Part shown: one piece after another, positions 9,060 through 18,250 of the stretch
How the letters are laid out: each line of letters begins with the position of its first letter
Numbering within the stretch: the stretch's first letter is position 1
Notes under the pieces: model-generated
Databases searched by the model: none
The model's input: the letters and a program-made list of their open reading frames with translations, nothing else
Told to the model about the DNA's origin: nothing
Assembly: GCA_038058635.1 (NCBI GenBank)
Contig: JBBUAP010000001.1
Location: forward strand, 197,190-261,189
DNA length: 64,000 bases
DNA from: Patescibacteria group bacterium
GTDB taxonomy: Bacteria > Patescibacteriota > UBA1384 > 2-12-FULL-50-11
Direction: 5' to 3'
Position numbers and translations under genes: made by a program

Positions 9060-9350
9060 GTAAAAATATAAAGTTACCCTAGTTTTTACAATAAATTGGC
9101 TATGTCTAATCTGAAGTAGGGTAACTTTTCTGTAAATCCACCTATCATTTTTAATTTTTACTTACACTCTAATATAGAGTAGGCGATTTCACCCTGAAAC
9201 GACCCTCGAAACCTTTAGTAAGCTGATAGTCGCTGACCAAAAAATCAATATGCAGCTCCGATGAGAGTACTTTTTCCGCTAGTAGTGCCGGGGGCGGCGA
9301 TTTTCCGCTTCGCTTCAACCCCTCGTTTACGCTCGTGGCCGAACTTGTTT

Positions 9351-9423
9351 GTGCCGGTGGGAAGAATTGGACTTCCGACCTGACGCTTATGAAACGTCCG
9401 CTCTAACCACTGAGCTACACCGG
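9351..9423 (-). tRNA. tRNA-Met/Ile2 (anticodon CAU), elongator type
   Basis: Acceptor GCCGGTG/CACCGGC, anticodon stem GACGT/GCGTC with loop TTCATAA, T arm GGAAG-TCCAATT-CTTCC, discriminator A. Confidence 0.85.
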
Positions 9424-9453
9424 CATGCTTGTAATTTTAATGGATTAACTCAA

Positions 9454-9479
9454 GAAAAACCAGTCTTTCGACTGGTTTT
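9454..9479. terminator. bidirectional intrinsic terminator hairpin
   Basis: AAAAACCAGTCtttcGACTGGTTTTT, a perfect stem flanked by an A-run and a T-run. Confidence 0.7.
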
Positions 9480-9568
9480 TCTCTATTTCTTGCGCCCCTC
9501 GACTTCCCTCGACAAAGCTCGGGACAGGTCGCTCGGGGTTACGCAATTTCACAGTGTTCAATTGCTAG

Positions 9569-9893
9569 TAGCGGGGGTTAGATTCGAACTAACGACCTCG
9601 TGGTTATGCGTACCATTGCAACTTTCATTGCTCCAATTTCGTCGGTTGATGAAAATGGATTTTTGGTCTGGACTGTCCCTTGGCCCGTAAGGTTGTTACG
9701 GGTCTCCACCTACCAGTCTCTACACCTTTCCGCCAGTTGGCGGACTTGGCTCGGGATTGCCTCGGCTTACACCAGGGGTTTCCCCGAATTTGATGGATAA
9801 TCTTCTTAATAGTTACCTACTAAGACGCCCAAGTTCTAAAAATACTGTTGAGCCACGCGAGCTGACCACTGCTCCACCCCGCTATCAGCCAGT
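9569..9893 (-). tRNA. tRNA(CAU) interrupted by a group I intron (exons 9861-9893 and 9569-9608)
   Basis: 5' exon AGCGGGG-TG-GAGC-AGTGGTCA-GCTC-G-CGTGG-CT. 3' exon CATAA-CCACG-AGGTC-GTTAG-TTCGAAT-CTAAC-CCCCGCT-A. Acceptor and anticodon stems pair across the intron. The 1:72 pair is intact, so this is elongator Met or Ile2. Confidence 0.8.
9609..9860 (-). ncRNA. group I intron (IC3-like, Azoarcus/Anabaena tRNA-intron type), 252 nt, no ORF
   Basis: Conserved cores read on the minus strand: CAAATTCGGGGAAACC, GCCGAGGCAATCCCGAGCCAAG, GGAAAGGTGTAGAGACTGG, ACAGTCCAGACC. The exon nucleotide before the 5' splice site is U, and the intron ends in G. Confidence 0.75.
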
Positions 9894-10163
9894 ATACCCA
9901 ATCGAACCCAGTCAGTCCAGCCAAAAGAGCTAAGAGCCTGTTTAAAATCTAACCGCAACATTAAGACTAAAAAAATACTGCTTGCCGGTTAAAACAAACA
10001 CATTTCCGCTGCAAATCACTCATTCTTCCTCACCGTATCCCGATACGGTTCATCGGTCTTCGTAATTTTCGCTCGAAATGTGTTCGTTTTTCCTCGGCAC
10101 TAGATTATAAACAGGCTCTAATTAATCGTTGATTTAAGTCGAGTTTTACTCTAGAATTCAGTA

Positions 10164-11984
10164 ATGCCAACACGAAACAGATTTTCTCGACAGTTGTTTT
10201 CGGTTTTGACCGTCATTTTTGTTGTCGCCATCGTTTGGAGTCTATTTGGTTTAGGCAAAACGACACCGACTCAAGATGTTGCCATCTCGCAGATTGTTAA
10301 AGAAGTTGGCGACGGCCGAGTCGACCAAATAATTGTTGAGGGCAATAAAATCACGGCGCTGACCAAAGATAAAATTCAACTCGTTGCCTACAAAGAAGCC
10401 AGCCAGGGACTGAAAGATTACGGCATTACTGGTGATAAAGTAACGGTTAATATCAAAAATCCCGACTCTGGTGCTCTCTGGACGACATTACTGACTGTTT
10501 TTCTACCGTTCTTACTTATCGGCGGACTACTTTACTTTATGACCCGCCAAGCTCGCTCAGGCAACAATCAGGCCATGTCGTTTGGTAAAACGACCGCTCG
10601 GCTGGACGACGGCAAGAAAGGCGTTACTTTCAAGGATGTCGCCGGCATGAAGCATGTTAAGCAAGAGTTGGTCGAGGTCGTTGATTTCTTAAAAAATCCA
10701 GCCAAGTTTAAAGCGCTGGGTGCCGAAATTCCCCGAGGGGTTTTGTTGGTTGGACCGGCTGGTGTCGGTAAAACATTGCTGGCAAAAGCCGTCGCTGGTG
10801 AAGCCGGCGTACCGTTCTACTCCATCTCCGCTTCCGAATTTGTGGAAATGTTTGTCGGTGTTGGCGCTTCGCGAGTCCGTGATTTATTTACCAAAGCCAA
10901 GAAGACCGCCCCAACTGTTATTTTTATTGACGAACTTGACGCCGTTGGCCGCCAGCGCGGCACCGGTTTGGGCGGTTCGCACGACGAACGCGAACAAACC
11001 CTCAATCAAATTTTGGTGGAGATGGATGGTTTTGATACCGAAGCTAATGTCATTGTTCTGGCGGCGACAAACCGTCCCGATGTTCTTGATCCGGCCCTGC
11101 TCCGTCCGGGCCGGTTTGATCGCAAGGTTGTTTTAGATATGCCCGATCGTCCGGAACGGGCAGAGATTTTGGCTATCCACTCTAAAAACAAACCGTTAGC
11201 CAAAGACGTTAATTTAGAAGAAGTCGCCAAGAGTACCCCGGGTTTGTCCGGCGCCGATTTGCGCAATGTCGCCAATGAAGCAGCGATTTTAGCGGCTCGC
11301 GACAATCGCAAAAAAATCGAGCAAAAGGATTTCCGTAATTCGATTGAAAAAGTTTTGCTTGGCCCAGAACGAACCAGTCATTTACTGAAAGATAAAGAAA
11401 AAGAAATCGTTGCCTATCACGAAGCTGGTCACGCTATTGTCGGGCATCTGCTGGCTGATAAAGACGAGGTCCACAAAGTGTCGATTATTTCTCGCGGTAT
11501 GGCGCTCGGTTTCACTTTAAGCTTGCCCAAAGAAGACAATAAACTTATTCCAAAAAGTCAGTTTGAGCACGAGCTGGCTCGCCTGCTCGGCGGCCGGGCA
11601 GCTGAAGAGCTGATCTTTAAGGAGGTGACGACCGGTGCTTCCAACGACCTAGAGCGAGCGACCGAAATCGCCCGTAATATGGTGACGGTCTACGGTATGA
11701 GCGAGCTCGGTCCGATCAAGCTCGGTGAGCGTGAAGAGATGGTTTTCTTGGGCCGCGAAATGGGTATGCACCGAGTCCATTCGGAAAAAGTTGCTGCTAA
11801 AATTGATGAAGAGATTAGTCGCTTGATTGATATCGGCTGGAAAACGGCAGTGGCTTTGCTAAAGAAAGAAATCAAAGTTCTGCACCATATGGCCAAAGAA
11901 TTACTAGAAAAAGAAACCCTCGAAGACGACGACTTACGGGCTGTGTTTGCTACACTAAAAGTAGCAAACAATGTCGTCGCCTAA
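10164..11984 (+). CDS. ftsH: ATP-dependent zinc metalloprotease FtsH
   Basis: Walker [12 protein letters not shown]+ [12 protein letters not shown] zinc motif. Confidence 0.95.
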   Translation: MPTRNRFSRQLFSVLTVIFVVAIVWSLFGLGKTTPTQDVAISQIVKEVGDGRVDQIIVEGNKITALTKDKIQLVAYKEASQGLKDYGITGDKVTVNIKNPDSGALWTTLLTVFLPFLLIGGLLYFMTRQARSGNNQAMSFGKTTARLDDGKKGVTFKDVAGMKHVKQELVEVVDFLKNPAKFKALGAEIPRGVLLVGPAGVGKTLLAKAVAGEAGVPFYSISASEFVEMFVGVGASRVRDLFTKAKKTAPTVIFIDELDAVGRQRGTGLGGSHDEREQTLNQILVEMDGFDTEANVIVLAATNRPDVLDPALLRPGRFDRKVVLDMPDRPERAEILAIHSKNKPLAKDVNLEEVAKSTPGLSGADLRNVANEAAILAARDNRKKIEQKDFRNSIEKVLLGPERTSHLLKDKEKEIVAYHEAGHAIVGHLLADKDEVHKVSIISRGMALGFTLSLPKEDNKLIPKSQFEHELARLLGGRAAEELIFKEVTTGASNDLERATEIARNMVTVYGMSELGPIKLGEREEMVFLGREMGMHRVHSEKVAAKIDEEISRLIDIGWKTAVALLKKEIKVLHHMAKELLEKETLEDDDLRAVFATLKVANNVVA

Positions 11985-12513
11985 GGGATTAGAGAAACTT
12001 TTCTGGATTACCGGCTGGATCTACGATTTTTCTAAAATCGCGACGATTTTATTAATAGTTGGGTTACTGACCCACTATTTTTTCCTGTCGGTTCTGGTGG
12101 TGAGGGGCAAGAGTATGATACCTAATTTCACCGACGGCGAGGTGCTCATGATTAACAAAATTGCTTATCGGTACGCCTCGCCAGAGCGCGGTGATGTGGT
12201 GGCGATGTATTGGCCGGGCGAAACCGAAAAACGCTTCATCAAGCGAATTGTCGGTCTGCCGGGCGAAACCGTTCGGGTTAGTGCCGGGCTGGTTTACATT
12301 AACGACGCTCATTTGGAAGAAAGCTACCTCGACTCGAGCGTCACCACTTCCAACGAACTAACCCGAACCCTCCAGAGTAACGAGTATTTTGTTTTCGGAG
12401 ATAACCGCGCCAATAGCTCGGACTCCCGAGCCTGGGGACCGGTCCCCAGAAGCTTTCTAATCGGCAAAATCGGTTCAGAAATCTTCCAGCTTTCCGCCCA
12501 AGCGGCTAATTAA
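11971..12513 (+). CDS. lepB: signal peptidase I
   Basis: GKSMIP Ser motif, KRIVGLPGE, GDNRANSSDSR boxes. Confidence 0.9.
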   Translation: MSSPKGLEKLFWITGWIYDFSKIATILLIVGLLTHYFFLSVLVVRGKSMIPNFTDGEVLMINKIAYRYASPERGDVVAMYWPGETEKRFIKRIVGLPGETVRVSAGLVYINDAHLEESYLDSSVTTSNELTRTLQSNEYFVFGDNRANSSDSRAWGPVPRSFLIGKIGSEIFQLSAQAAN

Positions 12514-14113
12514 CCAGTGGGCCGCGCAGCGTGGTGAGGAGCTTGGAGGTTCTGCTAACAAATTCCACCAATTCTCCGCCGACAGTATCGGCATCGACTT
12601 CCGAATACGCCACCAGCCAATCCGGCTGGACGATCGTGCTAGATGATTGCTCAAAACGATTAACCCATTCGGCGGTTTTGCCGAGCACAATCGCATACGA
12701 TAGATACCTCTCAAAAGTTTGATTGCGCGCCATCGCCGGATCGATCGGGTCGGGCGAACCCAAGTACTGACTATATGAAAGCCAGGCCGCCCGTTGTTTC
12801 AGACCGGTCTGACTGTATCGGGTCAGCCCGGCAGTTAGGCGTAAAATTAACCACGAAAGAACGATAGTGCCGATTAACGGAATGAGTAAGTAGGGCGTGA
12901 TGTCGCTGACGGCTGTCCAAACCAAACCTGCAACGCTGGCAAAATACAACAGTAGGGCAATCAATTTGTAACGAATTCTGGTGAGGTGCGGATTCTCAAC
13001 GAAATAGTGTTGTTGGGTAATAATCTCGTAGATATCGTTGAATGCGTCATGAACCGGCAGACTAAAAAGGGCTTGTTTGTGAAAGGCGGTAATCTCGGAG
13101 GCGGATATTTTATTTTCCAACTTCGGTAAGACTTGTTCCAGAATGTTTTTTTCCCACAGTTGGAGATGTTGATCGGGCGGTTTCCTCTTACCAAAAAAAT
13201 AATCCGGCCCATTTTTTATAATCACTAAATAGCCGCGATAACAAAGATCGACCAGTAAGGCCACGATCTCCTCCGGATAAATCTTTTTATTGACCAACAC
13301 TCCAACGATCATCGGTGAGAGTTCGCTTGGCAGCAGACTAATCGTCGGGCCAAGTTTGACTCTATCCTGACGGCGCTGACGAACGATCAAAAACAATAAA
13401 ACAACCAGAGCCAGTAGCGGCAAGGAGACACCAAGAATAATCCAAGGCAAGCTGTCTAGATTCGTTAGCGCCAACTTCGCTTCCTGAAAGCGGTTGAGCT
13501 GAAGAATTGACTTGGGCCAACTAGCACTGATTGTCATTAGTCCCTTCGGACCAGCGTAATCAGCCCGGTAGGTAATCGTTTTAGCGCCGGTCACTTCGCT
13601 CGTTGCCCCCAGCACGCCGCCGATAGCATAAGCGTTCCCGGTTAGCGACTGAATTTCGGTTTGTGCCGAGTGTTCAGGCAAGCTAAAAGTCACTTCAGTG
13701 TGATTAACCGCTACGCCCGGTTCCTGGAAAACTTTGAAAAAGAACTGGTCGCGGTCGTTATGGCGAATTAGATTGCCAGCGGTTTGGTAGCTTAAATTCC
13801 AACGACTAGCGGCGGTTCCTTCGGAAATTAGTCGCTTCGTTGCTCCGTCACGAATCAAGCGCCAACTGCTATCGGGAACCGTTTGGCCGTCGGCACTGAC
13901 GATGAGCTGACGCGGACTAGAAAATAATTGCCAGTCGAGGCCGCTCGAGCCAGCCAAGACAATTTCTTGATCGACTGTCACTTTTCCATCTAACTGGAGA
14001 GTGGCCTTAACAGTTAGGCTACTGACACCAATGGCGGCCTGGGCAGAGGGAGTAACAGACATCAGCCCGGTCAGAAGTACTGCCACTAGGATTGCTCGTC
14101 GAATATTCATCAA
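12506..14113 (-). CDS. DUF2207-like membrane protein
   Basis: Signal peptide, a large extracytoplasmic domain, then several TM helices in the C-terminal half. Confidence 0.45.
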   Translation of the reverse strand: MMNIRRAILVAVLLTGLMSVTPSAQAAIGVSSLTVKATLQLDGKVTVDQEIVLAGSSGLDWQLFSSPRQLIVSADGQTVPDSSWRLIRDGATKRLISEGTAASRWNLSYQTAGNLIRHNDRDQFFFKVFQEPGVAVNHTEVTFSLPEHSAQTEIQSLTGNAYAIGGVLGATSEVTGAKTITYRADYAGPKGLMTISASWPKSILQLNRFQEAKLALTNLDSLPWIILGVSLPLLALVVLLFLIVRQRRQDRVKLGPTISLLPSELSPMIVGVLVNKKIYPEEIVALLVDLCYRGYLVIIKNGPDYFFGKRKPPDQHLQLWEKNILEQVLPKLENKISASEITAFHKQALFSLPVHDAFNDIYEIITQQHYFVENPHLTRIRYKLIALLLYFASVAGLVWTAVSDITPYLLIPLIGTIVLSWLILRLTAGLTRYSQTGLKQRAAWLSYSQYLGSPDPIDPAMARNQTFERYLSYAIVLGKTAEWVNRFEQSSSTIVQPDWLVAYSEVDADTVGGELVEFVSRTSKLLTTLRGPLVN

Positions 14114-14224
14114 CTACTAGTATCTTACATCTCTGGTCATACAGCTACTTTTGTCCGCTATCTGGCCGATCGACTTTGATCTTTGTCTCTTAGATATCTA
14201 GTTTTGACTTTTGACTTTTGAGTT

Positions 14225-14512
14225 TTGAGTTACTTTCCAGTGTATGCTGAAAGGACAATGCGTCGTTTTGCCGTTGGCTACCTCACCACCGCAGTTGTTA
14301 TTATTTTCCTAGCTAATCTAGCATTAGTCGTATTGTATGTTCGTCAATTTGGCTTGAACGCCCAGGCGCTAGCCGACTGCCTTCCCAACGACTGCCAGAC
14401 CAGCAATGTCTTGACCGACTTCGTAGTCGTCAACAGCATTCTTGTCGGGGTATTACTGACCATCTGGTGGGCGGTGAACAAATTGCACTCTCACCAATCG
14501 GCTCACCACTAG
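14225..14512 (+). CDS. hypothetical small membrane protein
   Basis: Two predicted TM helices. No recognisable motif. Confidence 0.3.
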   Translation: MSYFPVYAERTMRRFAVGYLTTAVVIIFLANLALVVLYVRQFGLNAQALADCLPNDCQTSNVLTDFVVVNSILVGVLLTIWWAVNKLHSHQSAHH

Positions 14513-14549
14513 CTCGATAGCGCCCCTAAGTGGTAATCTGAAGCTACAC

Positions 14550-15107
14550 ATGCGTAGCAAAGTGCTTGTTGTTTTGGTTGTAGTCGTATCAATATTGGCA
14601 GCGTATACGCTGTCAAAGCCGATCACGACTCAAACCCGACAAGGGACGATCGAGCTGACGCATCTACCCGATCAGTACTGTCCGCTGTCAGCCGCCGTTG
14701 TCGCCACCGACCTCGATGCCAAGACCCCAAAAATTTTGCTTGACATCGAAGTGGCTATTGATGAGTGTCGCTACATTACCCTCGCCAAATTGTCTGGTCT
14801 CGGCAGTGAGCCGCAGTTCATTTTTGTTAAAATTTCCGGCCAGCTGGCCTTCCGCGTCCAGATTGACTCGATCAAAGGTCGTTATCAATTCGCCCCGAGT
14901 TTGGGGGATGTCAACAACGACAATATTATTGATTCCAATGACGAAACCCAGGTCAGTTCGGCGCTCTTTAGCAATGATGAGACCAAAATTTCTCTCAATG
15001 ATCTCGACCGAGACAAGAAAGTCAGCGTCTTAGACTTGAGTTTGACCAGAATTAACCGTCGTGCCGGCGTTGAACGACCGGACGGCCAGAGTTGGAGCCG
15101 GTCATGA
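14550..15107 (+). CDS. secreted protein with dockerin-like Ca-binding repeats
   Basis: DVNNDNIIDSND and DLDRDKKVSVLD match the dockerin D-x-N-x-D...D loop pattern. Confidence 0.4.
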   Translation: MRSKVLVVLVVVVSILAAYTLSKPITTQTRQGTIELTHLPDQYCPLSAAVVATDLDAKTPKILLDIEVAIDECRYITLAKLSGLGSEPQFIFVKISGQLAFRVQIDSIKGRYQFAPSLGDVNNDNIIDSNDETQVSSALFSNDETKISLNDLDRDKKVSVLDLSLTRINRRAGVERPDGQSWSRS

Positions 15108-16429
15108 GCCTTCGTGCCGTCTCGACCCGAACGGCTTTTGTGCTGGTTAGTATCGTGACGATTCTGCTGATTGTCGGTTCGGCCTTCTTGAGCAGAGTTG
15201 TTTTTAAAGCCGCCTCTTCATCCGCGACGCTCTATTTTAGCCAATCATCAATTCAGGCTAAGCCCGAGACAACTTTCAAGATCGAAATTCTAGCCGATCT
15301 GTCCGCTTCGGCCGACCTGACCGGCGTCCAGCTGGAACTTAATTTTGATCCCAAAATTGTCAACCCGACCGATTTCAAGCCGGCGGTCCGGTGGAAAAAG
15401 GTTTTCTCCAAGGTAGAAAACGGTAAGCTTTTCTTGGTGATGGTGCCAGTCGAGGACCAGGTCCAATCAAACCAAGCAGCAACGGGCTTGAGTTTGGTCT
15501 CGCTGACTTTCACAACCCTGGCTGAAGGAGCGACTAATTTGACCCTGACCGCCGCCAATACTCTGCTGGCCGTCGCCAGTACTCCGGGCGCCAAAGGAGT
15601 AGAGAATGTGGTCGAATCGGTCATTGATGCTCAAGTTAGCGTCTCCAACATGGCTATTGCTACCCCGACTGACGACTCACTAAAAGTAAACGCTATTACC
15701 ACCCAAGACGAGGTGGTGTTTTCCAGCCAAAGAATTCTTTCAACTTCGTCGATCCTAACGCCCAGCTCGGCGGTAATTTTAGTCCACCTTGAACACCCGG
15801 CCAGAGTCTCAGTTGCTTTCGGTGCCACGACGGCGCTCGGCAATCGAGCCGATTACTCGACACGCGCCGATCAAGCCGCTATCAGAATCGCTGGCTTAGC
15901 AGCCTCTCAGCGCTATTACTATCAAGTGGTGGCCGAGGACGACGACGCTACCAATCGAGTATTGGGACAGATAAAAAGTTTTGAGCTACCAGCTCTGAGC
16001 TCCGCAACTACTGTCGATCGGGCCGAGTTAACCATCTTCCCGGCTCGCGCGGCGACTGGTGCTACGGCCTACGCCGTTTTCTTTGATCAGGATAATAAAG
16101 TTGTGAGCGGTCTCAACCCAGAAATAAAAGTTGATACCGATCGGGTTTCCGCCACTAAGTTCAGCGAGGTGAGCGGTTTGTATCAGTCTGTGCTCGGCTC
16201 GCTCGAAACGGAAAAACTTACAATTTTTTCGGCCGTACTGCTGGATGGTCAAGAACTAGCAGGCGCTAATGTCATGTTCGATCCCGCGCTGGCCAATACG
16301 GCGGTCAAGCCCAATCAGACTTTCTTAGCCATTAAATTCGACCAGAAAACTATCAATGTGATTTTGGCGCTAGTGGCCGGATTGTTGATGTTGGGAGTTG
16401 GTTTCTACAAATTAGCGCGTGCTCGGTAA
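15092..16429 (+). CDS. cohesin-like domain surface protein with C-terminal TM anchor
   Basis: FKIEILADLSASADLTGVQLELNFDPKIV cohesin-like beta-sandwich signature. C-terminal hydrophobic helix plus KLARAR. Confidence 0.4.
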   Translation: MEPVMSLRAVSTRTAFVLVSIVTILLIVGSAFLSRVVFKAASSSATLYFSQSSIQAKPETTFKIEILADLSASADLTGVQLELNFDPKIVNPTDFKPAVRWKKVFSKVENGKLFLVMVPVEDQVQSNQAATGLSLVSLTFTTLAEGATNLTLTAANTLLAVASTPGAKGVENVVESVIDAQVSVSNMAIATPTDDSLKVNAITTQDEVVFSSQRILSTSSILTPSSAVILVHLEHPARVSVAFGATTALGNRADYSTRADQAAIRIAGLAASQRYYYQVVAEDDDATNRVLGQIKSFELPALSSATTVDRAELTIFPARAATGATAYAVFFDQDNKVVSGLNPEIKVDTDRVSATKFSEVSGLYQSVLGSLETEKLTIFSAVLLDGQELAGANVMFDPALANTAVKPNQTFLAIKFDQKTINVILALVAGLLMLGVGFYKLARAR

Positions 16430-18043
16430 ATGTCGCCAATCAAACGCCTAAGCAGTATGTTTTGGGGTAGCCATAACCTCAAACAAGCCGTGGGCATTTT
16501 GTTTGTAACAGTTTTGATTAGCAATGTTTTGGGCTTGGCTCGTAATGTCATTATCGCCAATCGAGTTGGCCTGACTTACGGCACGATCGGGCCGCTTGAT
16601 AGCTACTACGCTGCCTTTGTTCTGCCGGACTTGTTTTACAATTTTCTGATTGTTGGTGCTTTGGCGACGGCCGTCTTGCCGATGCTGGTCAAGCTCGATA
16701 CCGACGGCGACGATCAGGAATTTTGGCGAACATTTAATGTGCTAATTTCGACTGGATTTACGGTGATTGTTGTAGCCATGATCGGGCTTTACATCGCCAT
16801 GCCATATTTATTGCCCCTACTAATCCCCGGCTTTGACCAAGCCACCCAACAGACAACTGTTGAGCTGGCTCGGGTGTTGCTGTTGAGCCCGCTCTTTTTC
16901 ACCATCTCTCAACTGGCCAGTTCGGCCCTGCAAGCCAAGCGCCACTTTGCCACTCCCGCCCTGGCCCCAATCATTTACAATCTGGCGATTATCGGTGGGG
17001 CGCTATTGATTCCCGAATACGGCTTGTCGGTGTTAGTGGCGGGGGTAATTACCGGCGCGGCCGCTCACTTTCTGATTCAATTGCCGAGTCTCTATCGGTT
17101 GGGTTGGCAGTTTCGTTTCACTTTCGGTCTAGCTCATGATCGGGTCCGTCAGGTGATGAAAGTGATGTTACCTCGAGCGATTGCCTTGACCGGCAATCAA
17201 ATGCTTTTGGTCGTCTTCTATCATTTAGCATCGAATCTTAATTCGGGTTCAATCGCCATCTATCGTCTGACCGACGATCTGCAGACGGCGCCGGTCTTGC
17301 TACTCGCCAACACTTTGGCGATGGCAGTGCTACCGGATTTTGCTCGTCAGATTGCTCGGGACGATCAGATCGAATTCAGGGAATTAATCGGCAAGACAAT
17401 CAGATTAATTATCTTTATCTTTGCCCCGATTACCCTATTCTTCTTTATTTTTAGCCGCCCGATTATTAATCTCTATATCAGCATTGGTCACAGCATTAGT
17501 CCGCTGGAAACCGAATGGGCGGTCGATACTTTCCGGTTGTTTATCGTTTCCCTGCCGTTCCAGGGCTCAATCTTAATTTTGGCCCGATCGTATTTTGCTC
17601 GTTCCGATACTGTCCGGCCGACTATCTTTAGCTTAATATCAATCGGGATGGCCTGGTTGGCCGCAGTGCTACTAGTAAAAAATACCGAGCTCGGTCCGGC
17701 TGGGTTAGCGTTGGCTTTCTCGATCGGCTCGACAATTAACGCTTTACTGCTTTGGTCGAGTTTAAAGCTACCGTTCTCGGTCCTTTGGCGCGATAGCGAG
17801 TTGCGCTCCAATTTCCCGCCGATCTTTTTTGGCGCCGCCCTCTCTGGCGCAGTGATGTTCGTTAGTTACAAACTTTTTACGCCCCTGTCGATTATGGCTC
17901 TGGCCGGTCCATCGGCTCAAAACTTGTTTGTCATTTTGGCTAGTCTCTTCTGTGGCTTAGCGGTTTACGGTTACTGGGCCAAAATAAATAAATTAGAACA
18001 ATGGCAACTGATCAGACCAAACAATCATTCTACGGAGAAGTAG
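16430..18043 (+). CDS. murJ: lipid II flippase MurJ/MviN
   Basis: 14-TM MOP-family layout with N-terminal NVLGLARNVIIANRVG. Confidence 0.8.
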   Translation: MSPIKRLSSMFWGSHNLKQAVGILFVTVLISNVLGLARNVIIANRVGLTYGTIGPLDSYYAAFVLPDLFYNFLIVGALATAVLPMLVKLDTDGDDQEFWRTFNVLISTGFTVIVVAMIGLYIAMPYLLPLLIPGFDQATQQTTVELARVLLLSPLFFTISQLASSALQAKRHFATPALAPIIYNLAIIGGALLIPEYGLSVLVAGVITGAAAHFLIQLPSLYRLGWQFRFTFGLAHDRVRQVMKVMLPRAIALTGNQMLLVVFYHLASNLNSGSIAIYRLTDDLQTAPVLLLANTLAMAVLPDFARQIARDDQIEFRELIGKTIRLIIFIFAPITLFFFIFSRPIINLYISIGHSISPLETEWAVDTFRLFIVSLPFQGSILILARSYFARSDTVRPTIFSLISIGMAWLAAVLLVKNTELGPAGLALAFSIGSTINALLLWSSLKLPFSVLWRDSELRSNFPPIFFGAALSGAVMFVSYKLFTPLSIMALAGPSAQNLFVILASLFCGLAVYGYWAKINKLEQWQLIRPNNHSTEK

Positions 18044-18250
18044 ATAAGTTTCGCTATCGGACCAATTGGGGCTGTTTGGGCTGGGCATTGGTGATTGTTG
18101 CTGTGGTGGCACTAGCGGTTTGGTGGATTTGGAAAAAGCTCTAATTCTCGACCTGTTACCGGTTTTCGGGTAGAATAACAGGGATGCAGATCCGAAATTT
18201 CGCTATCATTTCGACCGAGCGATTGCGAGGAAAAAAGATGGCAAAGTAAA

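Noticed and set aside
9100-9350. Candidate SRP/RNase P/6S RNA in the long non-coding stretch upstream of the tRNA-Met cluster
   Set aside because: None of the conserved motifs (GGAAGCAGCC, GGAAAGTCCGG, AGGGTGAAA) are present. Only an 11-bp inverted repeat (AAGTTACCCTA...TAGGGTAACTT) was seen, most consistent with a terminator for the FtsB-like gene.
9560-9800. Possible minus-strand tmRNA (tRNA-like TTCGAAT T-arm + CCCCGCT acceptor, GGGG-rich region)
   Set aside because: No tmRNA-type 5' end pairs with the 3' end. The matching acceptor 5' strand lies 290 nt away and completes a normal tRNA. The intervening sequence has group I intron cores instead.
9349-9800. ORFs 9349-9690 (+) and 9600-9800 (+) from the six-frame track
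   Set aside because: They lie entirely over two tRNA genes and the group I intron. No RBS and implausible composition, so they are spurious.
18044-18140. Tiny hydrophobic peptide ORF (…GWALVIVAVVALAVWWIWKKL) after murJ
   Set aside because: No credible start codon or RBS. Likely a chance frame.
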